Shown one piece after another: positions 38,385-47,322 of a stretch of DNA of 56,818 nucleotides. A program made the translations under genes and the position numbers. Location: the NCBI GenBank assembly GCA_030647205.1, contig JAUSJO010000002.1, forward strand, positions 371,771-428,588, given 5' to 3'. The notes beneath the pieces were generated by a model. It was given only the letters and a program-made list of their open reading frames with translations, did not search any database and was not told where the DNA came from. Source of the DNA: a bacterium (GTDB taxonomy: Bacteria > Patescibacteriota > CPR2 > UBA1875 > JAJYID01). Position 1 is the stretch's first letter. Every line of letters starts with the position of its first letter.

Positions 38385-38545
38385 ATAACTTATTATACGT
38401 GAAGGAAGACAGTTTGTCATTTTATGCGGTTCTTGATCTTTTAGCGCAATCATGCTATAATTTGCGCAAGCGTTAGAAAAATCAGCCGGAGGAATCCGGC
38501 TTTATTTATCAACAACGGGAAACTTGAAAGGAGGAGGAAAGTACG

Positions 38546-38836
38546 ATGAGAGACTTCATCATCACCGGTCTTACCGCTGTCGATATTTTTGCTACCGGTC
38601 TGGCTAGTATTGTCATACTCTTGGTTTCGTTTAGCTCGGTAGTTAAAAAACAGGCAGTGCCGCATGGCAAAGACATACTGTTTTTTGCTATGTTGCTCTT
38701 CGCGGGAACGATACTAACATCGGGCATGCTTCTCAGTCTCGGGCATTATGGATACATACAGGTTGTGATGTCGTGTGCCCTAAGCCTCTTGGGTTGGTAT
38801 TGCTGGAAATTTGCGCCCAAAGAGATTGCAGGATAA
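38546..38836 (+). CDS. membrane protein (96 aa)
   Basis: GGAGGAGG SD. Three hydrophobic helices. Confidence 0.5.
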   Translation: MRDFIITGLTAVDIFATGLASIVILLVSFSSVVKKQAVPHGKDILFFAMLLFAGTILTSGMLLSLGHYGYIQVVMSCALSLLGWYCWKFAPKEIAG

Positions 38837-38901
38837 GGTTAACCACTGTACGGGTTTTTGAGAGATGCATATAAAAAATCAGATGCGAGAGGAGAGAGAA
38901 T

Positions 38902-39330
38902 ATGGCTTTTTCCGATACACCCATGATTTTCCTGATAGACAGCTTCATCCGATGCATAACGTCTTTTTTCTACAAAAAAGACGAAGGTGTCTCGAGAGAT
39001 ATCGCCCGGCAGATACTCGTTGGGACTGAGAACCCCTTGCTGCTTGTACATTTGCAGCACGCTGAGTGCTACACTTATCCCGGTACAGAAAGTACCGAGG
39101 CTATCCTCAGGAAAAAAGTAAAAAGATCGCTGAAATGGCGTTACGTTTTCTTCTATCTGGTCCCCGGTTTCTTTGTAAGGATATTTGCCAAAGGCAAGTA
39201 CCCTTCCTGGGTAACGACACGAAGTGAACGGCTTACGCTCTTTGCCGTAACAAGGATGGAGAGTATGCTAAAAGGCGAGGAGAAGCGTGAAATGGCTATA
39301 CCTGTTGCGCGCCGCGCCATCATCTACTAA
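38902..39330 (+). CDS. hypothetical protein (142 aa), weakly supported
   Basis: AGGAGAG SD 5 nt before ATG and a plus-strand terminator at 39390-39419. Composition is unconvincing and a competing minus-strand ORF (38839-39060) exists. Confidence 0.3.
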   Translation: MAFSDTPMIFLIDSFIRCITSFFYKKDEGVSRDIARQILVGTENPLLLVHLQHAECYTYPGTESTEAILRKKVKRSLKWRYVFFYLVPGFFVRIFAKGKYPSWVTTRSERLTLFAVTRMESMLKGEEKREMAIPVARRAIIY

Positions 39331-39389
39331 CCGAAACTGCCGTTAAGCTGTTGGCCGAGAGCCACAAACGGTAAAACCGCTTAAACTAT

Positions 39390-39419
39390 AGGCGGCGCGA
39401 ATGCGCCGTCTATTTTCTT
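39390..39419 (+). terminator. rho-independent terminator
   Basis: AGGCGGCGC-GAAT-GCGCCGTCT followed by ATTTTCTTT. Confidence 0.65.
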
Positions 39420-39470
39420 TACTTTATTCAAAACTTAAGCTACAATTTTTCTGAAAACAGAAAACTCAAA

Positions 39471-40820
39471 ATGAGCAAAAAAGAAAAAATCATTATTATT
39501 ATCACCACGGTCATTTGTGTACTGGCTTTGATCAGTATTTCGACTTTTTTTATTTATAAATCTATAAAAGATAAAAAAGCTAAAAAGCCGCAGACAACTT
39601 TAGATATGGCTCAGTTTGCTGAGTATGAAGAAGATTCGTTTGGTTTTGTCCGCCCGGAGGGGGCATACGGGGTAATGAAGGATGCGAATGTTCACTGGTC
39701 AAGGCCATACCCTGGGCCATTTATATGGGGTCAGATGGAAAAGCAAAAAGGACAGTATGATTTTGGTGAGACAGATAGCTATGTAAAAAAGGCCCAAGAA
39801 AACGGCGTAGTTCTTTTGGCGACGATTTGGCCGTATGCTGAATGGGATCAAACAGTTTGTCATGAAAAGCTTGACCCTAAGATAGTAAAAGATTTTCCCC
39901 AACTCGGAGAGTATAGGCAAAATCCATGTGATATGGAAGCGTATAAAAACTTCATTAAACAGATGGTAGAGAGATACGATGGTGACGGCATGAACGATAT
40001 GCCCGATCTTAAATACCCGGTAAAATACTGGGAGCTTAACAACCAGCCGGATATAGACTGGGACAACAGACCTGAGGGCTATATCGCCGTTCTTAAGGCT
40101 ACTTATGAATCATTGAAGTCTGCTGATAACGGATCAAAAGTCTTAAATGGCGGGATATCATCGTTAACTGACCGGAATCTTCTCTTTTGGAAAAAGGTTT
40201 TGGGCGAAGGAAGCGCTTATATAGATATTGTTGCAATGAATGCTCCACAAGACTTAAACTTACAGCCGCTACTTTCATTTATGAAAGAGATAAAAAACGA
40301 AAAGCCTATATGGCTGACTAGTATCCAGTTTGGAATAGCCAGTAACAGTGCTTCAGAAAAAGGAATCTCCGAAGAAAAATGGTCTGAATATTTGGTGGAA
40401 TCATACATACAAGCATTAGGATCGGGAGTCAAAAAGCTTTTCTATTTTGGTGTTGATAATACTTCCCCGTCAGCGCAAACGGCCCTTGTAGTAAACTGCA
40501 AGAAAGATAATGAATCATCTAGTAGTGGTAGTACAAACGTTACTGACTCAAACGGATGTCCTAAGCAAAAGATGTTTGATGCTTATAAAACAATGGTAAA
40601 AAAGCTGGACAACTTTGATCGCATAGAGCAAATCGCGGAAGGGCAGTATAGGTTCTACCATGGAGATAAGTCGACATATGTGGTTTGGAAGGGTCGTATC
40701 CCGAATAGTTTAGTTGAAAATGTAAGGCTTACTGATGTTTTCGGGAATGAATACATAAGGAATGCGTCAGATCTCACAGACTTCAATGCTCCTCTCTATG
40801 TCGAGGATATTGAGAACTAG
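39471..40820 (+). CDS. membrane-anchored clan GH-A-like (TIM-barrel glycosidase fold) protein with Gln at both catalytic Glu positions
   Basis: N-terminal TM. YWELNNQPD stands where GH-A enzymes have W-E-x-x-N-E-P, and KPIWLTSIQFG where they have P-I-x-I-T-E-F-G. Confidence 0.6.
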   Translation: MSKKEKIIIIITTVICVLALISISTFFIYKSIKDKKAKKPQTTLDMAQFAEYEEDSFGFVRPEGAYGVMKDANVHWSRPYPGPFIWGQMEKQKGQYDFGETDSYVKKAQENGVVLLATIWPYAEWDQTVCHEKLDPKIVKDFPQLGEYRQNPCDMEAYKNFIKQMVERYDGDGMNDMPDLKYPVKYWELNNQPDIDWDNRPEGYIAVLKATYESLKSADNGSKVLNGGISSLTDRNLLFWKKVLGEGSAYIDIVAMNAPQDLNLQPLLSFMKEIKNEKPIWLTSIQFGIASNSASEKGISEEKWSEYLVESYIQALGSGVKKLFYFGVDNTSPSAQTALVVNCKKDNESSSSGSTNVTDSNGCPKQKMFDAYKTMVKKLDNFDRIEQIAEGQYRFYHGDKSTYVVWKGRIPNSLVENVRLTDVFGNEYIRNASDLTDFNAPLYVEDIEN

Positions 40821-40926
40821 GTTTCCCTTTGAGGGATGTAATCTAGCGTTTTTTATGGTATAATTTTTTTACTGGAGGAGTTTTTCTCCGGTTTTGCATT
40901 TTGACAACAAAATACTGGAGTTTGCC

Positions 40927-41163
40927 ATGAACTTACATGATTTTGAGGAAATCAAGGACAAAGAGTGTCAGGGGTTTTGCGTTGGACAGGAAGTCGTTCC
41001 AAAAAAATCAGAGCTTCAAAGGACGGGGACTATCCAGGGTTTTTTAAGAAATAAAGAAAAACCCGACGTTTTCGCAGCTTCGCTAAAGTGGGGTTTCGTG
41101 AGTAGCGGGAGCTCCGGGATGAACTATCAGTTGCTTTCAACCCTTGATCCGAAAGGAGGGTAA
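40927..41163 (+). CDS. hypothetical small protein (78 aa)
   Basis: GGAG SD before ATG 40927. First gene of a tightly packed four-gene cluster. Confidence 0.45.
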   Translation: MNLHDFEEIKDKECQGFCVGQEVVPKKSELQRTGTIQGFLRNKEKPDVFAASLKWGFVSSGSSGMNYQLLSTLDPKGG

Positions 41164-41164
41164 G

Positions 41165-41785
41165 ATGTCTCTTGCGTGGCATGAAAAGATAATGGCCGGA
41201 TGCGGTTCCTTCTTGATCGGCACTGGAGTCTTTTTTGGGATAAGGTCAGGGATAGTCTATTCAATAGTTCCTATCCTCATTGGGATCTTGGAGATTATTT
41301 TCATCAAGATCTATCGCAAAATAGATAAAAGGACAGATGTTATCTGGGGGACAAAGGTCCTTATGACAGGATTATCAGATCAAGACGGAAAAATGTCATA
41401 TATTTGTCCCCAGTGCGGACGTGTAGAAGTTGACAGGGATACGCTTTACAAGAACGAGGAGGGGATACCCTATTGTACTCAATATTGCCGATATCCCGTC
41501 AAAGAGTTTGATGAAGCACAAGGGGAAGTAAAAGAGGCCATATATCGTGTTTGCATCGAGTTTCAAGGTGGGTTTGTCGACACGATCTATCTCTGGAATG
41601 TTCAAATATCTCCTAAGCAGGTTGTTCATCGGGTTACCAAGAGGCTGCCGTTTTATCCTAAAAGTTATGGGCAATGTCTGGAAATAAAGCTCTATAAAAA
41701 AACCGGGATGATTCCCGGTCTCAAGAAATGGTGCTATAGCCCCATTGAAGTAAAGAACTTTACCGATAAAGCTCTGGCGAAATAA
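41165..41785 (+). CDS. membrane-anchored zinc-ribbon protein (206 aa)
   Basis: AAAGGAGGG SD. Two N-terminal TM helices, then CPQCGRV...CTQYCRYP. Confidence 0.55.
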   Translation: MSLAWHEKIMAGCGSFLIGTGVFFGIRSGIVYSIVPILIGILEIIFIKIYRKIDKRTDVIWGTKVLMTGLSDQDGKMSYICPQCGRVEVDRDTLYKNEEGIPYCTQYCRYPVKEFDEAQGEVKEAIYRVCIEFQGGFVDTIYLWNVQISPKQVVHRVTKRLPFYPKSYGQCLEIKLYKKTGMIPGLKKWCYSPIEVKNFTDKALAK

Positions 41786-41795
41786 GGAGGGGGAT

Positions 41796-41951
41796 ATGTG
41801 TAACTTTTGTCACCCTGCGGAACTTTCAACAGGAGAAGAAGAGGCTGCGTTAGATACGATGAGGCTAGTGTTTTGGATCGGCTATATGACCACTATGGCT
41901 GCTATCGGTTACTATGCTATTAGGGTTCTTGTGGAATCTTTTCATTCCTGA
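41796..41951 (+). CDS. small membrane protein (51 aa), not in ORF track
   Basis: AAGGAGGGGG SD 3 nt before ATG. MCNFCHPAELSTGEEEAALDTMRLVFWIGYMTTMAAIGYYAIRVLVESFHS. Confidence 0.45.
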   Translation: MCNFCHPAELSTGEEEAALDTMRLVFWIGYMTTMAAIGYYAIRVLVESFHS

Positions 41952-42007
41952 CGCTGAGACTTAAGTCATTTCAAACTCTATATAGGTATCTTAAGGAGGA
42001 GATTGCA

Positions 42008-42409
42008 GTGAGACTTATTATCTCTATTATGTTGCTGATTATGATGGTTGTTCTAGTCTGGGTAGGTCACTCTGACGGCAACGATTCTCTGATCAAATGG
42101 TCTATTGGGATCATCTCCCCGCTTGGTACGCTAATAATGCTTACCTGGATACGGGATTTCGTAAGAGAAGACATCGATGAGTACAACAGGACAGATAAAG
42201 GCGGCAGGGCTATCAGCGGACTTTGGACCTTGATCGTTCTTCAAGACATTTTCCTGATAATGAAGGTTTTCGGATCTTTGGAATGGTCTTGGCCTTATAT
42301 CTTCCTTCCTCTGATTTCTACAGTCATAATCGTTGTGGCTAAGGTTATCTGGATGAATCCTCCGGAAGGGGGATGGTTCAAGAAAAAGACAAGTGATTGG
42401 GGCATGTAA
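42008..42409 (+). CDS. four-helix membrane protein (133 aa, GTG start)
   Basis: AAGGAGGAG SD. Hydrophobic helices. Terminator follows. Confidence 0.55.
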   Translation: MRLIISIMLLIMMVVLVWVGHSDGNDSLIKWSIGIISPLGTLIMLTWIRDFVREDIDEYNRTDKGGRAISGLWTLIVLQDIFLIMKVFGSLEWSWPYIFLPLISTVIIVVAKVIWMNPPEGGWFKKKTSDWGM

Positions 42410-42422
42410 GCATGCCTTCTCG

Positions 42423-42446
42423 GGCGGCGCAAAAGCGCCGCCTTTT
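42423..42446 (+). terminator. rho-independent terminator
   Basis: GGCGGCGC-AAAA-GCGCCGCC followed by TTTT. Confidence 0.8.
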
Positions 42447-42570
42447 AATTTGCAAAGAGTGGTATGGATTTAAAATAGCTTGCCTTTTAGGTAATAGTGT
42501 GGTATAACTGTGTTATAAAGTTTAGTTAGGGGGTACGGCTAATATTTTTGCACATTGTCTAGAGAAAGAG

Positions 42571-43008
42571 GTGATAGAAACGAAATTTTCTATAAACATA
42601 GGGGAGTTGATCAAAGGAAGAATAGCTATCGCTGTCGCGGAAGCTTTCATTGTAAGTACTGTTGAAAGCGAGAGGTTTGTTCAGGATTTCTTCGACGATC
42701 CAAATCCTTTCATCAAAGATCTCATGGCTTATGCCGGCAAGAAATCAGTTTCCGGCGATGAGGATAAGATCGAGAGAAGGATAGAACAAGCGATAGAGAA
42801 AAACATCAAGCACTACAAGACGCGTCCTTTCGATCAATATCGGGACCAAATGGTGTATGAGGCATACCAGGCGCTTCTAAAGGATGAGTTCTCTTCAATG
42901 GTAACGGGGGTACTCCTCGATGCTTTCCCGGCTTTTTGGGAATTTGTTGAAGAGGCTGCCAGGAAGAGGAAGCATATGGGTTTCATGATCGATGGGAGAT
43001 TCAACTAG
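42571..43008 (+). CDS. hypothetical helical protein (145 aa, GTG start)
   Basis: AGAGAAAGAGG SD-like sequence. Terminator follows. No motif recognised. Confidence 0.5.
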   Translation: MIETKFSINIGELIKGRIAIAVAEAFIVSTVESERFVQDFFDDPNPFIKDLMAYAGKKSVSGDEDKIERRIEQAIEKNIKHYKTRPFDQYRDQMVYEAYQALLKDEFSSMVTGVLLDAFPAFWEFVEEAARKRKHMGFMIDGRFN

Positions 43009-43030
43009 CAGTATCATCTCTGTAACTATT

Positions 43031-43055
43031 AAGGCGGCACATCTGTGCCGCCTTT
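43031..43055 (+). terminator. rho-independent terminator
   Basis: AAGGCGGCACA-TC-TGTGCCGCCTT. Confidence 0.75.
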
Positions 43056-43088
43056 CTATATGACTGTTTTTAAATATTTTAAATAAAA

Positions 43089-43124
43089 GAAGTGGCGCTT
43101 AACGAGTAAGCGCCACTTTGTTTT
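43089..43124 (-). terminator. terminator of gene 43157-43888
   Basis: AAGTGGCGCTTA-ACGAG-TAAGCGCCACTT. Confidence 0.75.
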
Positions 43125-43156
43125 GCATTGGAGCGTTGGAACCGGGGATGCCTAGA

Positions 43157-43888
43157 TCAGTCGTTCAGGTCCCGGTTATCTTTGCTATCGGGAGGCATCA
43201 TGCCGAAGCCCATCCCCTCACCGTCCATTGGGGACATGCCAGGGCCCATAATTACCATACCGCCACCCATAGGTGATCCGATGCCGCCGAGTGCCCCACG
43301 TAGTTCAGCCATCTTGGCCTTCATCAGTACCTCGCCGGCCAGACCCATATAGTATGAGACGATGCGCGATGCCAGTGTAATTTGCCTTTCATCTGCCTCG
43401 ATTCCCAAGACATCGAAAAGCATGCTCATTACTATGTATTTGTTGCTGCCTGCCCGCTCTTTCGGGATGAGATCGAGAAGTGCGGCGGTTTCTTTGTCAC
43501 ACTGTTCCCAGATTCCTTCAAACTGTTCATTGTCGATACCACTGGCGATGTGTTTCTCGAGAAGCTGCTTGTATTTCCGGTAAATCTGGACAAGTTCGGT
43601 ACCCGCGCCCTTCTGCACATCCACGATCTTGAACAGATCCCTTTCGCCGCCACCTTCAACGAAGATGCCGCCGTTACCGTCCAGATACATGTTATCATCT
43701 GTCGGCTGAAGGCGCCCAACAGGAGAGGGGAGGATCTTCTGATCATCACCTATCTCCAAGATGAGAATGTGCGCTTTATCGAGATCGTCGACATCCATGT
43801 CTCTGCAGTTTTCACAGGCACATACCATGGTCACAACATCTCCTTCTTCCACCAAAACATCTTGCGCTGTTTCGCTGCTGGCTTCCAT
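43157..43888 (-). CDS. hypothetical acidic protein with Gly/Met-rich C-terminal tail (243 aa)
   Basis: AAAGGAG SD. The C-terminus LGGIGSPMGGGMVIMGPGMSPMDGEGMGFGMMPP resembles the GGM tails of GroEL/DnaK-type chaperones. GC-rich. Confidence 0.6.
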   Translation of the reverse strand: MEASSETAQDVLVEEGDVVTMVCACENCRDMDVDDLDKAHILILEIGDDQKILPSPVGRLQPTDDNMYLDGNGGIFVEGGGERDLFKIVDVQKGAGTELVQIYRKYKQLLEKHIASGIDNEQFEGIWEQCDKETAALLDLIPKERAGSNKYIVMSMLFDVLGIEADERQITLASRIVSYYMGLAGEVLMKAKMAELRGALGGIGSPMGGGMVIMGPGMSPMDGEGMGFGMMPPDSKDNRDLND

Positions 43889-44146
43889 CTTTCGCTCCTT
43901 TGCTAAAAAGTTTCTCTCGGTCGCATCTTAAACAGATGAACCAAGCCGTCAATTCATAGATTATACCAAAACATAAAGGTTTTGTCAACAAATCTAATAT
44001 GGTAACAGTAAAGGGCTCTAGATTATTTAACGAAGTAACTGTTTCATAACTTTACTTGTTGGCAGAAATGAGATACAATTTTTGGAGCAAATTGAGGCTT
44101 TATTATATAGATTCCGGATCGAGTCCGGAATGACACATGAAATTTT

Positions 44147-45460
44147 ATGAAAAAAAGGCGAAACTGGATTAAAGTTGTTTTTATTTTGGCGCTTCTTGTG
44201 GTGGCGCTTCTTGTTGATTGGCCCGGGAAAGGGATTCATCTGCAATTTAAGCCCTTAAAAGTTGACTGGAAGGCGCCTGACTTTAAAATCAAAGAAGGGC
44301 TCGATTTGCAAGGCGGTACTCGCATAGTTTACTCTGCCGATCTATCAAAAACAGAAGGCGACAAGAAGAAAGATGCCATGGAGTCGCTAAAAAAAGTGAT
44401 TGAAAACCGCATCAATGCTTTTGGTGTTTCTGAACCGGTTATTCAAACCACTAAACTTGGGAGTGAGGATAGGTTAGTTGTGGAGCTTCCCGGTGTGAAA
44501 GATGTACAAGAAGCAATGGACTTAATGGGGAAGACCGCAGAACTGGAGTTCAAAGAAATTGGCACGGATCCAAGCGGTATGCCACAGGGATTTGGCTTAA
44601 CGGGTAAGGATTTGAAAAAGGCTACTCAATCATTTGACCAAAACACAAATGAGCCAAACGTCAGTATAGAGTTTAGTCCTGATGGAGCAAAGAAGTTTGA
44701 GGAAGCAACGGCCAGAAATGTGGGAAAGCCAATATATATAATTCTAGACGGTATACCAATCTCATCTCCAAATGTAAACGAGAAAATATCCGGTGGGAAA
44801 GCGGTGATCACTGGACAGTTTGACATAAAAGAGGCAAAGAACTTGGCAATTCAGTTAAACGCCGGGGCTTTGCCGGTACCTGTTAAGATTATAGAACAAA
44901 AGACGGTTGTTGCGACCCTTGGTCAGGAAGCAATAAAAAAGAGTATTTTTGCCGGAGTTATTGGAGTAGTCTTGGTGATGCTTTTTATGGCCTTATACTA
45001 CAGACTCCCGGGGATTTTAGCTGATATTGCACTTGTTCTATATACAATATTTGTTCTCGCTCTTTTTAAAATAATTGGCATCACGGTTACTTTAGCTGGT
45101 GTCGCGGCGTTTGTTCTATCTATCGGCATGGCGGTAGATGCCAATGTTTTGATATTTGAAAGGATGAAAGAGGAGATGAAGCATGGAAAAAGTCTGCAAG
45201 GTGCAGTCGAGGCAGGGTTCAAGCGGGCATGGACATCTATCCGTGACTCAAACCTGGCAAGCATTATTACCGCATCAATCCTTTTCCTTTTTGGGTCCGG
45301 CATTATCCGTGGTTTTGCAGTAGTTCTTATCATTGGTGTTTTAGTCAGTATGTTCACAGCCGTTAATGTGACGCGGACCATGCTTCGCATTACAGTCAAA
45401 AAGAAGATTTTTCAAAAACCTTTCATGTATTTTGGCGCGCAGAAGGAGACAGACAAATGA
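44147..45460 (+). CDS. secD: protein translocase subunit SecD
   Basis: LDLQGG, periplasmic domain, six C-terminal TM helices. ATGA overlap with secF. Confidence 0.95.
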   Translation: MKKRRNWIKVVFILALLVVALLVDWPGKGIHLQFKPLKVDWKAPDFKIKEGLDLQGGTRIVYSADLSKTEGDKKKDAMESLKKVIENRINAFGVSEPVIQTTKLGSEDRLVVELPGVKDVQEAMDLMGKTAELEFKEIGTDPSGMPQGFGLTGKDLKKATQSFDQNTNEPNVSIEFSPDGAKKFEEATARNVGKPIYIILDGIPISSPNVNEKISGGKAVITGQFDIKEAKNLAIQLNAGALPVPVKIIEQKTVVATLGQEAIKKSIFAGVIGVVLVMLFMALYYRLPGILADIALVLYTIFVLALFKIIGITVTLAGVAAFVLSIGMAVDANVLIFERMKEEMKHGKSLQGAVEAGFKRAWTSIRDSNLASIITASILFLFGSGIIRGFAVVLIIGVLVSMFTAVNVTRTMLRITVKKKIFQKPFMYFGAQKETDK

Positions 45461-46341
45461 ATATAATGAAGTATAAAAAAATCTGGTTCGGCATCTCGCT
45501 TCTCATTATTATTCCGGGAATTATTTCCATGGTTTTATGGGGGCTAAAGCTTGCCATCGACTTTACAGGCGGTTCTTCGATGGAGATAAGCGGGACTTCA
45601 GATAGCGCTAAGGTAATTGAAATTGTGAAAAAAGAAGGAGTTCAAGACCCGGTTATCCAGAAAGTCGGCGGTAATGCGCTGACAATAAGGAGCAAGGAAC
45701 TGCCTGAAGATAAGCACAGAAAAGTGAAAGCGGAGCTTGAAAAAGAGCTAAAAGTGACAGAGACGCAATATGAAATTGTAGGTCCGACAGTGTCAGCAGA
45801 CATCACAAAAAAAGCTTTTGAGCTTATAGCTTTTGCGTCAGTTCTAATTGTCCTCTTTCTTGCTTACTCATTCAGAAAAGTGCCAAAGCCTGTCAGTTCT
45901 TGGCAGTTTGGAGTTTGCGCTGTTATTGCTCTTCTCCACGATGTGCTTGTAATGCTTGGTGTTTTCTCCCTCCTTGGGCATTTCCTAAATATTGAGATAG
46001 ATAGTATGTTCGTGGTGGCAGCGCTCACCGTTATCGGTTTTTCCGTGCATGATACTATTGTTGTTTTTGATAGAATTCGCGAGAATTTAATCAAACGTGG
46101 TTCTGATGACTTTGAGCAGCTGGCAAACGATAGTGTGCTTGAAACTTTTTCGCGGTCTATAAATACATCATTTCTGACATTTTTGGTTCTTTTGACTTTA
46201 TATTTACTTGGTGGAGAATCGACAAAAATATTTGTTTTGGCGCTTCTTGTCGGTATTGCAACAGGAACATACTCATCAATATTCAATGCTTCGCCAATGC
46301 TTGTTGTCTGGCAAAACTGGAAAAACAAAAAGAGGAAGTAG
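45457..46341 (+). CDS. secF: protein translocase subunit SecF
   Basis: IDFTGG, VHDTIVVFDRIREN. Confidence 0.95.
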   Translation: MNIMKYKKIWFGISLLIIIPGIISMVLWGLKLAIDFTGGSSMEISGTSDSAKVIEIVKKEGVQDPVIQKVGGNALTIRSKELPEDKHRKVKAELEKELKVTETQYEIVGPTVSADITKKAFELIAFASVLIVLFLAYSFRKVPKPVSSWQFGVCAVIALLHDVLVMLGVFSLLGHFLNIEIDSMFVVAALTVIGFSVHDTIVVFDRIRENLIKRGSDDFEQLANDSVLETFSRSINTSFLTFLVLLTLYLLGGESTKIFVLALLVGIATGTYSSIFNASPMLVVWQNWKNKKRK

Positions 46342-46355
46342 TCTTACGAATAGGG

Positions 46356-46383
46356 AAAGGTCCCGCAACATGCGGGACCTTTT
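46356..46383. terminator. bidirectional terminator
   Basis: AAAGGTCCCGCA-ACA-TGCGGGACCTTT. Confidence 0.8.
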
Positions 46384-46400
46384 AAATTTGTGTAAATTGA

Positions 46401-46727
46401 CTAGGCTGCGGGAACAGTGCGACGGTTCTTGGACTTTTTGCTTTTGGTGACAATCAGTCGAAACAGAAGCCCTCTTTCAGTTATATATTCCCTCGAGACA
46501 TCGAAAGTAGATATCCTTAGTCGCTTGAGCCTGCTGTGGCTAGGTATCTTGCCATCAAAGGCCTTTAGGAATATTTGCTTAGTTGCGTTTGATTTTTCAT
46601 CGTAGTTTCCACTGCGGAACTGAAGCACAAGATCATCCTCTAGTAAGCATGGAGCGGGTCCAAGTCCTCTAATTGCGAAAAGGGATCTGGGACAGCGAAC
46701 TATGTAGTATTTAGCAGGCTTTTTCAT
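46401..46727 (-). CDS. hypothetical basic protein (108 aa)
   Basis: GGAGGTGGG SD 7 nt before ATG 46727. The longer ORF to 46901 runs through a terminator. Confidence 0.5.
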   Translation of the reverse strand: MKKPAKYYIVRCPRSLFAIRGLGPAPCLLEDDLVLQFRSGNYDEKSNATKQIFLKAFDGKIPSHSRLKRLRISTFDVSREYITERGLLFRLIVTKSKKSKNRRTVPAA

Positions 46728-46802
46728 AATCCCACCTCCATCAATTTTTTTTGGTACAAAGATGAGTGGATTATATCCCAATGCGAAAAATAATTGAAGA
46801 CT

Positions 46803-46842
46803 TTTTTTAAAAATAAAAACCCGCCTAGATAAGCGCGGGTTC
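46803..46842 (-). terminator. terminator of gene 46825-47175
   Basis: ACCCGC...GCGGGT hairpin with a long T-run on the minus strand. Confidence 0.6.
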
Positions 46843-47175
46843 TTTGCGCCGTGGCGGGAACTGTGTGGTGCGTTGAAAAGTGTCAATATTTCCGAGAGCA
46901 AGAGCTGCTTGCTCTATTTCTCCCGGTTGGGCGACTCTTTTCGGAGCTCTTCCCTTGAAGTTAGCCAGACTCAGATCCGTATAGCCGGTTTTTCTTTTAA
47001 TTATTGTATGGAGATAACCGGTTTTTAGGAAAATGAGCTCAGGGTTTTCCTGGGTTTCTTTCAGGGCAAGATATTCATACTCCTTAAGAAGGAGGGCCCA
47101 CGTTTCTTTCCTTACCTTTCCTGAGGGGAGAAAATTCACCAGAATCATTATATTATGCAAGGAACAAACCTCCAT
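46825..47175 (-). CDS. hypothetical protein (about 110-116 aa)
   Basis: Start is ATG 47175, or TTG 47160 with GGAGG 8 nt upstream. The extension to 47295 enters the upstream hairpin. Confidence 0.4.
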   Translation of the reverse strand: MEVCSLHNIMILVNFLPSGKVRKETWALLLKEYEYLALKETQENPELIFLKTGYLHTIIKRKTGYTDLSLANFKGRAPKRVAQPGEIEQAALALGNIDTFQRTTQFPPRRKEPALI

Positions 47176-47322
47176 ATTTATCCCAGGCTCAAAGAATCTA
47201 GGAATAATTTTTATGGCTAAACGAGTATATTTTAAAAGATGAAATTTGTAAAGAGTTTTTGAACATGTCTTTATAGAAAGGAGAAGCCCCGGCATGCATG
47301 AACGCGCGCCGGGGCCGATAGT

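Noticed and set aside
38484-38503. AGCCGGA-GGAA-TCCGGCT hairpin as a possible SRP RNA helix 8 tetraloop
   Set aside because: It is a perfect short stem without the conserved asymmetric and symmetric internal loops of SRP RNA. It is more simply a leader or terminator hairpin between priA and the next gene.
38839-39060. 73-aa minus-strand ORF competing with plus-strand ORF 38902-39330
   Set aside because: It has no SD. The plus-strand frame has an SD and a downstream plus-oriented terminator. Neither frame is convincing, so the plus-strand ORF is reported at low confidence only.
43382-43906. Plus-strand 174-aa ORF (and 43362-43583, 43128-43352)
   Set aside because: They are antisense to the 243-aa minus-strand gene. 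That gene has an AAAGGAG SD, a terminator and a coherent protein sequence, whereas the plus-strand frames have no SD.
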